From: Heteronotia binoei
Taxonomy: Eukaryota
DNA: 64,000 nt
Direction of reading: 5' to 3'
Assembly (NCBI RefSeq): GCF_032191835.1
Contig: NC_083233.1
Span: forward strand, 47,182,001-47,246,000
The position numbers and the translations under genes are program-made. Positions 11,401 to 22,200 of the stretch are shown piece by piece (the stretch's first letter is position 1; each line of letters starts with the position of its first letter). A model generated the notes under the pieces. It saw nothing but the letters and a program-made list of their open reading frames with translations, was not told the origin of the DNA and searched no databases.

Positions 11401-14400
11401 AATTCCTCTCCATAAAGGTACGTTTGGGTCCATTGTCCTCCCATGTGATCTGCCTGGCTTTGCTCTGGTTCCTACATGCTGTTTGAGGTTAGGAGCTAAT
11501 CTCTGCCAAATCAGCAGTTGTAATCAGGTTTTTGAATTTGTGTCCCGTCTTGGAAACTCAGGCGTAGTTAATGACGTGACTTACATTTATTTATATTCTG
11601 ACTCAGCTTCACTCCCATCTGCAGGGGAAAAATATTACTTTGAAGTGGATAACAGCACAATGGTTCTGGTCCCCTAACTTAAGTGTTGAAAATGCCATCT
11701 TCTACCAAGTCAAGCCATTGGTCTGTGTACTCCAGTGGGGTCAACCCTGTCAGGCAGAGAAGAAGCAGCTGCCAGTGATTCTGTAACAATGCAACTGAAG
11801 ATGTCAGGGTTCAGCCCTGAGATCTTCTATGGGCAAAGTACTGAGCCTCCACAATCATGCAGAGCAAGTAGCTGGTGCAAGGTGAAGAGCTATATCAAAA
11901 GAGGAGCTGGTGTTCCCTGCAATATAATCATGACAGAGGGAAGTAATCCTGCATGTATATCTAGTCACTAACGAACTTGCAGATTGATCTCCTGCTCTCA
12001 CAGCTTTGAAATCCTGAAAATGTTAATATTGTGCAGTACTTTGATATGTGAATGTACTATGAGGCAAAGAGATTTTGTCAATTTGTTAGGACATTTCTCA
12101 CTGATTTAACAGAGATTGCTTATTTTATGAGATTGGAAGGAAAAGGTCCAACTCTGTGCACTTTGTTTTGAAGGGCTGTACAAAAGGGTATCACAGCAAT
12201 GAGAAGCCCCCAGAGCCTGAGGAGCCTGAGCCAAAAAACAAAACCAGCTCTGAGATCATTGTCCGGGGGCCAAAGTCAGCAGAAATGATGGAGCGTGAGA
12301 GGCCCAGGTGAGCCTGTAGGAATGGTCCATGCAAAACCAGCTCTGAGATCATATGTTTTTGGGAAGCCCAAAGACAGAGTGTGGTTAGAGTCCTTCCTTT
12401 TTCTCTCTGTCCAACCATCTGGATCCTGGATAGACTGCCTCTGAGTTGGGAAGAGCTAGATTTCAAGTCTAGTAGCACCTTAAAGACCAACAATATTTTT
12501 GGGGTATAAACTTTCAAGAGTTAAATCCTCCTTCATTGGATATCTTGTTGGTCTCTAAGCTGCTACTGGACTTGAATCTAACTGTTCTACTACAAAATAC
12601 ACAGCTCCCCTCTGAAACTGAATTGGGAAGGTTTCATTATGGGTTGTGGCTAATTGCTATTGATAGATCCATTATTTTCCAGGAATTTGACTACTTTTTA
12701 AAAGCCATCTGAGCTAGTGGTAGAAAGCTCCATAAGCCAATGCTACCTTGCATGAAGAGGGAGCCAGTGTGGGGGAGTGACAGGGCTCCTGTCCGATTGG
12801 CACTTATTTTGGCTTGAAGTCTGGTACTAGGTATTAGCCTTCAAAGGCTCTCCCAACCTCTCTTGTTGACTTTCTCCAGTCCAGATGAACCAATGAAGCT
12901 ACTGCCGGTGAAGGTATCTGGGTCCTTAGAAGAGGCCCTAAAGAAGCTGGATTTGTCATCCAAGGAGCAACCAACAGTGCAAGGCACTGTGGGCACCGGT
13001 GAGAAGGGAAGAAAGAGGCCAGACTGGGAAAGGAAGGGCATTCTACTTGGGATTAGTGTGTCATTTTCTGTACTCTCAAGGAGAAGCTGAAGGGTGTATC
13101 CTCCTGAGATAAGAAAGCAGACTTGAGAGATTGCAGGCTTAAGGGACCAAACCTCCACATTGTACTTGTGCAAATGTGGCTGGCTGAACCAGAGCCTTTG
13201 GTTCTGGGAGGAGGGAGGGGTTGGGACTCTAGCCCACACCTCTACTGGCCAGGACTGGATTCAGCCTGATAATGTAACTGCACAATAAGTCCCCTGCTTG
13301 AGGGTCCCTCTCTGATCTTCTTCGTGGTCTCTGTGCAGTCCCACACATGGGTCTTGCCGCAGGCAACGGATCCATACCTCGGAGCTCCAATAGCTCGCCT
13401 ATAGCGCTTTTTGGCGTGCTTCCCTCCCGCTCTGGGGAGCAGGCACCGATTGCGCATGCCTGGAGCGGGGGGGGGGGGGGGGAGGAGGAGCGCCCATCCC
13501 ACTCAGTTTCTTCCAGCCGCCACTGACACTGACACTATGACCACTCGAAGATCACTAGTTACAGGTAAGCAACCTGTTTTTTCACAACAACTATATTCCC
13601 TGCTGGAGGAAAATGTAAATTATTGGGATTCAGAAATAGAATACTGATTATATTATAGATTGGGCTCATATGCAGACATACCCCAGTACTTGCCTATTTT
13701 AGGACCGAGAGAATGTGTGCTTAGTTCCCTGGTCCAGGATCTGAAAATCTTGGGGATGTACGTTAATGAGTGGATTGCATGTTGTATCTGGCTAGAGTTT
13801 GGGGGCTGTAATTTGGGGTCTTCCAAAGTGCCTAAGTCTGTTTCTGGCTGTCACAGGTGCTATCCTTCAGGTGAACCTTGGCACGACCTGCAAGAACTCT
13901 GGCTGCAAGGTGGTGAGTTGTGTCTTTGCTGCTCCTCTTGTAGACTCTTTCTAGATCTGCCTGTGGCCTCTTGGCCTTGGAATTGCTTCCCCAGGGAGGC
14001 TGCACTTTTCCATCATCGGAATCCTCCCTTCTAGCTCCAGGCTGAGAGGCAAGCCTTGTACTGGAAAGCATTGCTTCTTGTCTCTGAGACAGCAAAGTGA
14101 GCCTTTCTGGACTCTGTCTATCAAGGACAGACCCCTATGTCAGTGCATTGGTGGTTGATTGCACCAGGTGACTGCCTTAAAAAATGCATTGTCAAGGCAG
14201 AGACTGTGATGTGCGGGAGGAGAGAAGGGCCTTCTTCAGCTGGGATGGCACAGGGGCCTTTTGAACTGCTTTACTGACCTTTCTTCCTCACTGGTCTTTC
14301 AGGTTTATCAGGGGGAAGAGAGCAATACAGAGACCTGCATATTCCACCCTGGGATCCCTGTCTTCCATGAGGGGTAAGAGGGAGATACTTCTCCATTCAT

Positions 14401-16740
14401 CTTCACTGTCTTTCCCAACTGGTTTGCCCAAGTCAGTGACCAAGCTTGGAGCTTCTGGACTCTGTCTATCAAGGACAGACCCCTATGTCAGTGCAGAGAT
14501 TTCTCTCCCAGCCTAGCCTCTTCCATTAAGCTGGCAAAGCAATCTTTATGTTGCTTGGGGTAAGAGCACTGAGCAGACAGCAAGAGTCACTACAAGGTTT
14601 TCTATCCTGCACTGTGTCCTATGTACTCAGTCTGCCACACAGTCCTACTCCTCTGGCTGATATGGCTTAATTCTCAAGCCCAAACCCTCTGCCTCATTCC
14701 TGTGCTTCCTTCCAATATGGGTTCTTTGATCCTTCCCAGCATGAAGTACTGGAGCTGCTGTGCAATTAAAACAACAGACTTCACTGCATTCCTGGAGCAG
14801 AAAGGCTGCAGCAGAGGGAAGCACACCTGGCTGAAGAAGCAGGTGAGGAATTGCCCTATGAGCTCCTCTGGGTCAGGGTTGGGAGAGGACCTGTTTGATG
14901 TGCTACTAAAGCCCATGGATGGCTGTCTCCGTATTCTAAGACAGACTTTACCGGATTTATTCCATTTCTATCTTTGGTTGCTTGGGAATGGGATGTCACT
15001 GTGTGTGTATTGGCTTCCTATCCTCTTTTGAAATTCCTATTATAGAGCTACTGTTGCATGACAGCTATGGTATTGGTTCAAATCCCTACTTTCCAAGGAA
15101 GCTTGCTAGGTAACATTGGGCCAGTCTCTCTCTGACAAACACACACACACACACTTTTAGCCAAAATGGCATCAGGATGAACAACAGTGGTGGCTGCAGA
15201 AGAGAAATGATCAAGACAGGAATGTCAAGGAAAACAGAGCAAGACCAGAGGCTGGGGCTGGACCACTCCCATGTGCTCGCCCCAGATGTTAACTTGTAGT
15301 TAGGAAAGAAGGTCTCTTTTACTACACTTTGTGGCTCAGAGGTGAGAAAGTGGAAAAGCTATACTGGTATTCTTTGCAGCTTGGTGGGCCAGAAGATCTT
15401 CTCTCTTGTAGCATTGCACCTAGTAAGGATGCCAGATCCTTGGACAGTGGAGTTAGACTGTTAACTGACTCTTCTTGGCAACAGGACAAGAAACTGGTAT
15501 CTTGCCGGCAAGACTGGCACCAAACCAGCAGCCAAGTGGTGGTAACTGTCTATGCCAAGACCCCTCTGCCAGAGTTCAGCCTTGTGAAGGCCAACCATAC
15601 TGTGGTAAGTGTGGAGACCGACTGATGCTAGCTGTGCCATGAGGAAGCCTGGGTGGTGCTTCATCTGCATGGGGAATTTATATTGGTGAACCACTGTAGT
15701 CTTCTTCCAAATGAGACTGGCAATGGGGAAGGGCTCTTCCAGCATGTCTGGCCTAGAATATAGCCCAGATTACTGAAGTTCCTTCCTCTTTCCTAGGCAA
15801 TAGCTCAGTGGCAGACGATCTGTTTTGCATGCAGAAGATCCCAGGTTCAATCTCCAGTATCTTCAGTTAAAGTGATTAGGTTGCAGGCAGTGTGAGAAAC
15901 CTTCACCTGAGACCTTGGAGAGTTGGCTAGTCAGAATAGACAATACTGACCTTGATGGACCAGTGGTCTAGGAGACAGTTTTCATGTGTGTTCTTCTCCC
16001 CACTCCTTACAGCTTGACATCAGTATTATCTTTGAGGGAGACAAGGTTTTCCAGGCAGAGTTGGATCTCTGGGGGGTAAGTCTTAATTTCCTTGTCTCTG
16101 TCCTTACTTTAAAAATGTCTTTGGTTGTGAAGAGGCTGTGGTCATAGCACATGCAGTGATGGAGAGGAAGCCTCACCTATTGAGCCAGTTATGAAGCTGT
16201 TGGAGCTGTGCCAGAAACAAAAGCCCCCTAACAGTTGCAATTCCACTGAGTGAGAATGAAAAGACTCTGCTATGGTGAGAATCTTTGAGCTGGCTCCCCA
16301 GCAGATGCAAGTGTCCTTGTTTGTGTTGCTGTTGTGGTCATTCTTGAGCTGCTGGGCCACTGTGTCTCATTACAGGATTGTCCCAAATGATCACGACTTA
16401 GAGGTTTTGTTTTTCTTGCTGACAAAAGGTCAGGAGTCATTTTATGTGCTTCCAGGTCATCAACGTGGAGAAAAGCTCTGTGACAATGGTGCCCTCCAAG
16501 GTGGAAATTACCTTGCAAAAGGACAGCCCAGTCACTTGGGCCAGACTGGAGCACCCACAGAGCAGATCTCAAGCCAAGCAACAGCTGGATGCAGATGCCT
16601 TGGAAAACCAGGAAGTCAAAGGAGCTCCTGAAGAGGAGGAGGAGTCAGACGACAGCTTGAGCTGGTCAGATGAAGATGATGAGCAGTGGCAGGAAGGCCA
16701 GGGCATGACCCTTTCCAGCCCAGTTTCTAATGGCAGCTGA
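8426..16740 (+). CDS. ITGB1BP2: Integrin beta-1-binding protein 2 (melusin): CHORD-CHORD-CS domains and acidic tail, 373 aa
   Basis: Exons 8426-8489, 10512-10561, 11361-11417, 12174-12307, 12880-12998, 13857-13912, 14303-14373, 14740-14842, 15485-15604, 16013-16075, 16456-16740 sum to 1122 nt; all introns are GT-AG. Motifs: [48 protein letters not shown], and acidic tail [18 protein letters not shown]. Neighbour of TAF1. Confidence 0.93.
12452..12588. mobile_element. Penelope-like element relic arranged as an inverted repeat
   Basis: Arms of about 40 bp (12452-12493 and 12545-12588) are reverse complements of each other and flank a degenerate antisense hammerhead-like core. Confidence 0.6.
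13315..13579 (+). mobile_element. Miniature, internally deleted DIRS derivative
   Basis: Starts ATCTTCTTCGTGGTCTCTGTGC, identical to the left end of the DIRS at 54457. Ends ATGACCACTCGAAGATCACTAGTTACAGGTAAGCAACCTGTTT, which matches the DIRS right end. No coding sequence lies between. Confidence 0.8.
15796..15970 (+). mobile_element. tRNA-derived SINE
   Basis: A-box TAGCTCAGTGG, B-box GGTTCAATCTCC, and body ending GACAATACTGACCTTGATGGACCAG. Same family as the copies at 20708 and 47154. Confidence 0.75.
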
Positions 16741-17025
16741 GTGCATGTAGCCCCTGGATTCAGAGGCTGAGGGCAAGAGATAATGGCTATTTCCCCTTTA
16801 AGGCATTACTCTGCAACAAAACAGAAGGGCAAGCAGCTCTGTGGTGCAGGAGGAGTGGTTCCTGTTTGGCAGAAATACCCACTGTTCCTCCGCTCGCTGG
16901 ATCTTTAGGGCTTCCTAGCCTGTTGAAGAAGGGGGTGGCTGGGGAGAGCTAGGGATGGTGGGAACGGTCACCTAAAATGTCTCAGCCTTTTTGCCTCTCA
17001 GTGTGCAGCTGTTTCTTACCCTTGA

Positions 17026-17031
17026 AATAAA
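17026..17031 (+). terminator. Probable polyadenylation signal of ITGB1BP2
   Basis: AATAAA about 285 nt after the stop codon, followed by T-rich sequence. Confidence 0.55.
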
Positions 17032-19566
17032 AGTTTTGTTTATTATGGGACAACACAGAATACTTGCTGCAACCCTTTATCCTTACCACTTTCTTTACTC
17101 AAGCTTGACTATATGGGGAGTAAAACTGGCCAGCTGGGCTGTGTGTGCACATGCTAGTTTTTCCATGACTCTTTTTCTTTGCAGGATTGACTTCATGCTG
17201 CCAGAGTCCATTTGATTTCTTTCCCTACCTGGCATAACTGGACTTTCTTACAGCAGGAACACAACACATAGTTACATTGATTTTGGATAGAAACAAAATG
17301 TTGGAAAACAAGTTTGCATGGCATGTTGTCAGAATTCTAGGGGATTCAGAAGGAGTAGAGGTAGGGGCTGTTATGAATGTCATTGCGGAAAATTTCCATC
17401 AGTTCTAACAGTTTTCAAGATGGAGGAAGGAGGTAGTAAAATGGAGGTAGTGAAATGCATCAGCTTGTAAATAAATAGAAAGGACAGTGTTTATTTAGAA
17501 AATGCATGCCACCTCTCCAGGGAACTGGGGTCAAGATGCTTCACAAACTGAACCATGATAAACACAAAATAGCATACAAATAATTAAAGTGAACAAATTA
17601 TTAAAAACCTGAGCCTCCAACCATAAGCCAGTATCTAGCAGCACTCCTAAGCTACAAACCTGCTCATTCAGGGAACTGGTTGTGTGACCCCCTGTGAGGC
17701 TTACATTGCTGCTTTACATACCCTGAAAATTAGAACAGCTTGGTTAGAAACAAGAGAAATTGAGTCCATGACATCCTTTTGTCAGAGTGCATTGTGTGAT
17801 GCTCTTAGAGGTCCTAGAAGGATATTGCAGGTAGGTAATACAATTATCTGGTAACAGACAATCCAAAAGTTTACAGTGGATGTCTGCATGAGTGGACACA
17901 ACCAAAAAGGGCCAGAATAGGCACACTGATTTAAAAAGAACCAACTTTTGTTAAAAATGTATTGAGCACATATGTCCAACATTGTTACAACATCCTGCTT
18001 TCTTCATAGGCCATGCTCTGCATTGGCTATAAATATGTATCTTGGTGTTTTGACTCATCTCTTATTTATATAAATATCTATCTTCTGTTTTTCCCCTTCA
18101 AATTGGCTCTTTGTTCTTTTGCCTTGATGCAATGAAAGCAAGTGGCCTCTTCCCAGACAGCATCTTCTGGATTTTGTCTCCCATCTCATCAGACAACTAC
18201 TACCATGCTGACAATGCCATAGCTGCCTCTTGGGCAGCTCCATCAGAAATGGAGGAAACAAGACCATATAGCCCATTAGGGCCATATGCTGAGATTCAGC
18301 CTCCCCATCTAATTCAGCATTAGATGAACTTCCCTTTCCTTTATCAACAATAAGCTCCTCTTACCAGAGGTCTCAAGCCATACAAAAAAATCACAGTCCA
18401 AGTATCAATAACAATTACAGAAGGATAAAAGACAATTATGCCACTAGTAAAACTGTGAGATTGTCACATTAACACTGAGCAGGAGAATGTCTCAGAGATA
18501 TTATAATAGCCGATAACTGGGCCATAGATGATGCAACTGCAGGACTAACATCAGTCAACAAAAAGGGAACTACCTGAGGTTCAATGGCAAGCTGATACTT
18601 GCTCAAAAAGGGGAAAAACCAAAATTCTCACAATGAAGACCACCACTGGTCAAGAATAATAAAACATGAACAATGGTCTCAGTCTTGCCAAATGCACAAG
18701 GACAGAACTTACCATTAGCCCTTTATTTCTAACCTGCTGGTTATCTGCCTTACAGAGACCTCAATGTAAGCAGATAACTGGCAGGCTAGAAATAAAGGGC
18801 TAATAGAAAGTTCTGTTTTCCTCTGACTTATGGGAAAGGTGGTACTAGGGAAGGTTGGCTGCTTTGAGAAAGATTAAAATCCCTTTTTTTAAAGTTTAAA
18901 TTGCCATCCAGTCTGCAGCCCTGCCAGAAAAATTTTAAGTGTTCAAACTATATTTGAATCTGAACTTGTTCATCTCCAGTGTGGAAGTAGGAACATCCAG
19001 GACCACAAATTCAGACTTGCAGCACATATTCCAGCAGGAGGTAAAACTGAAATGGTTATTTTCCTGACACCCATGCAGGAATTGTGCCCATTGCCTCTGA
19101 TTTGCCAAGCATATGACCTCCTACTTCAATGAGCCTAGATGCCATAAGCCAATATATGCTTCCATCTGTACTTAAAAATTGCCACAAGTCAAGTATGACT
19201 ATAATCATAGCCTTTCTCCCTATTTCTGTAACTAGGTTTCCTCAAGGCTGGAGGAAAATGTCCTGTCTCGTTAACAGGCTTAATATGTAGAAATGGGCAG
19301 CTGAAGCTTTGCAGGGCATGGAAGTAAATAACATCCCATTAAACCTCTATTAAATGGACAGGACACCTTTTCTGCTTGTGGTTGGCAAACATGCCAGTGA
19401 TAATGTGTTTTTGGTGAGTGAGAACAAGGCATTTGTTCCAAGGGTGTGCATTTGGCAGCTCCTTACAATGAATTCAGGGGTGAGTGGGGAGAAAATCCAC
19501 AATAAGTTGCTAGTTTCACTGACCCCTGGAGCAAGCTTACAACTGGAGTTAGACCATGAAAGCTCA

Positions 19567-19720
19567 TTGTTGTTGTTGTTCAGTCGCAGTTGAGTCCGAC
19601 TCTTTGCGACCCCATGGACCAAGTCATGCCAGGCCCTCCTCATACCCTGTTGGTTCCACAACACATGAAAGCTCATACTCTGCCACAATTGTTGTTAGTC
19701 TTTAAGGTGCTACTGGTCTC
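19567..19720. mobile_element. RTE/BovB-type 3' tail fragment joined to a Penelope fragment
   Basis: (TTG)n followed by TTCAGTCGCAGTTGAGTCCGACTCTTTGCGACCCCATGGAC (an RTE-type tail in antisense), then GAAAGCTCATACT...GTTAGTCTTTAAGGTGCTACTGG, which is shared with the Penelope relics. Confidence 0.55.
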
Positions 19721-20199
19721 TTCTCTTTTCACCTGCTACAACTGGAATGAAAGCTGCACTGGATGCAGTGCAACTTCCTTCTGAGCACTGGATGATTTGT
19801 GCTTTTACTGTTTCTGTGCAGAGTCTCCAAAGCAGCAACTCTCTCCTTGGTCAAAACGGGACTCAGATCACCCTTAAAGGCTGCAACAGCAACTATTCAT
19901 GAAATGGGGCCTGACCCTTAGTAGAGTACAATAGGCAGTGAGAGATTTTTATGCCCTTCTCTTATTTTGGTTCTGTGGAAGAGGATGGCTGAAGGTGTTG
20001 AGGTGTTAACAGGATATGGTGTTACCTTCTATTCAGCGAGACTTATCTAGCTCACTGGTGTCTTGTCTGGCAGGCAGCAGTAGCTCGAGGGTCTCTGGCA
20101 GTGAAATATTCCCACACCTTGCAAAAATAATTCCTTTAATGTGAGACAGCAAAGATCACACCTAGGATTTCTGTATGCAAATCAGGGCCTATGTCAGGG

Positions 20200-21771
20200 G
20201 ACAAGGCTTGGAAAGGTAGTATCGGCAAGCCAAGCTGCCAAAACCTATATGACCTCCTGGAAGCTGTCGAGGAACTGTTGAGGAACGTTGGTATCCGATA
20301 ATGGGACGGCCTTCCCCTTGGCCGAGTTTCAGGATTTCTGTGGCCGGAATGTAATAAAACACATAAGGTCAGCCCCCTTCCACCCAGCCACAAACAGCCA
20401 AGTGGAAAGAATGGTGCGGGCTATGAAGGAAATGCTCCGTTGCATCATATATGGGGAGTGGGAAGCGCGCCTCGCCAAGTGCCTCCTGGCACAACATACC
20501 ACCCCCAGTACGGTCACCGGCTGCAGCACAGCAGAGCTCCTCATGGGCTTGTGGCTGACAACCCTCCTGGATCGCATGCATCCGGACCGCGTGCCTGACC
20601 TGCAAGAGGTGTCAGAGGCGGTCCGGGCCTCCTGGGGGTTTGACACAGGGACTTGGTGTTTGCCAAAAACGTTGGGGGAGGGCCAGCATGGATACCAGCA
20701 CAAGGGAGGGATGGTGGCTCAGTGATAGAGCATCTGCTTGGTAAGCAGAAGGTCCCAGGTTCAATCCCTGGCATCTCGAAAAAAGGGTCCAGACAAATAG
20801 ATGTGAAAAACCTCAGCTTGAGACCCTGGAGAGCCACTGCCAGTCTGAGTAGGCAATACTGACTTTGATGGACCAAGGGTCTGATTCAGTATAAGGCAGC
20901 TTCATATGTCCATATCCCGTGTACTAGGGGCCGTAATGTACAAAGCCATCTCAGAGGGGGGAGGGGGGTTCCCAATAAGGTGGCACATTGACCAATTATG
21001 CGCGAGAGGTGCCCGGGGAGGGGGGGGGGAGACGAGGACGAGAACGCAACCACCCCAGCACCTGCTCTAAGTGAAACAACCCCTGAGCTGGAGGAAGCAG
21101 AAGAGCCTGCAGCTACACCTGTGAAAGCTCCAGCAGAACAGACAGGACCACCCTCAACGCCAGAGACCTCAGAGGACCCAGTCCAGCTGGTGGAATTCTC
21201 CTTGGAACCAGGACCTCCGCCAGGAACGCTGGGCGCAGAAACTGCACGGCCAACTCCAGTGCTCAGGCGGTCGATGCGAAAGCACCACAAGCCCTTGTAC
21301 CTTAAAGACTATGCTTACTAGGGCTTGTGAACTAAGGGGGTGGGGAGACTTTGGATGTTCCCGCCAGGCTCATTGGAGCCAGGTGGACTGAGCTTGGGGA
21401 CTTGGGAACAAAGGCTGCAGAATTCAAACCCCTGCAGCCCTAGACCAATCACAACCCCCCACTGGTTTGAATGACCCAATGATGTGCTAGCACGGGAATC
21501 CAGAGATGTATATAAGTTGGGCCAGTAGGCCCCATCCCCAGTCTTGTACTGTAACCTTTTACTATGTGATTACTATGTGAGCTTGTTATCACTTCAAGAC
21601 TCTGCCATGCATAGAACCCACTATATTATACCTATTAATAGCGAAAGGAAGGTGGAAATTCCCAGCATTCCTGTAATTCTAGATTTATTGGTTTGCTTGT
21701 TTAAATATGTATTTTTATTGGTTTATTTCTGGTTTTAATAAAAGGTTCTCGAAGCGGCTTCGTAACTGACA
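20200..21771 (+). mobile_element. 5'-truncated Gypsy-type LTR retrotransposon (integrase C-terminal half, PPT, 3' LTR)
   Basis: ORF 20288 reads VSDNGTAF...HIRSAPFHPATNSQVERMVR...HTTPSTVTGCSTAELLMG (rve core). It continues VFAKNVGGGPAWIP, then WHIDQL, then RRSMRKHHKPLYLKDYAY* (stop at 21321). A purine tract lies at 21334-21348. The putative LTR (~21349-21771) has CCAAT at 21445, TATATAA at 21509, AATAAA at 21737 and ends in CA. Confidence 0.8.
20708..20909 (+). mobile_element. tRNA-derived SINE inserted in the Gypsy integrase
   Basis: GGGATGGTGGCTCAGTG...GGTTCAATCCCTGGCATCTC...TTCAGTATAAGGCAGCTTCATATGT. Integrase-like peptide resumes after it. Confidence 0.8.
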
Positions 21772-21849
21772 GCGTGGGATGCTCGAAATAAATTAAACTC
21801 ACAAAAAGGCTTTTCCAACATGAGTCGCTCTCGGCCGCCGTAGCTTTCC

Positions 21850-22200
21850 TAGGGAACTACATTTCCCAGAAACATTCGTAAGGGATGGTAGATAGCCTTA
21901 TGGAGAGGGAGGGGTGAAGGCGCATGCGTTTTGTGAAGGCCGGGGGGGGGGAGTGGGCGGGTTCTGACTGCCGGATACTGCTTCGCTTGGGCCGGTTGCG
22001 GGAACCGGGATCGCGCGCGGGGCCGAAGGTAAGGCTGGGTTGGGTGGGTAACATATCCCACCCCCGTAGTGCCATCGGAGCGGCTGTGGGTAGGAGTCTG
22101 CCTCGCCTGAAGGCTACGGGCGGGCCGAGGGTGGGGGCTGCCTGATTTTTTTAAAATGTGGCTTATAGGCGTATCCCAAAGTACCGAATCAAGGTTTGGT
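21850..22200 (+). promoter_or_regulatory. CpG-rich promoter and non-coding exon 1 of the RhoG-like gene
   Basis: CpG-dense region with a ZNF143/THAP11-type motif ACTACATTTCCCAGAA (21856-21871), an NRF1-like GCGCATGCG (21920-21928) and a consensus donor AAG|GTAAGG at 22029. The matching acceptor ends at 26645, 24 nt before the ATG. A non-coding exon 1 plus a single coding exon is the known RHOG architecture. Confidence 0.7.

Noticed and set aside
8426-16740. CHORDC1 assignment
   Set aside because: The acidic C-terminal tail, the muscle-type promoter motifs and adjacency to TAF1 favour ITGB1BP2.
17300-19300. Possible minus-strand gene or lncRNA exons (for example a donor-like site near 18710)
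   Set aside because: No coherent ORF or exon chain. Not supportable without transcript data.
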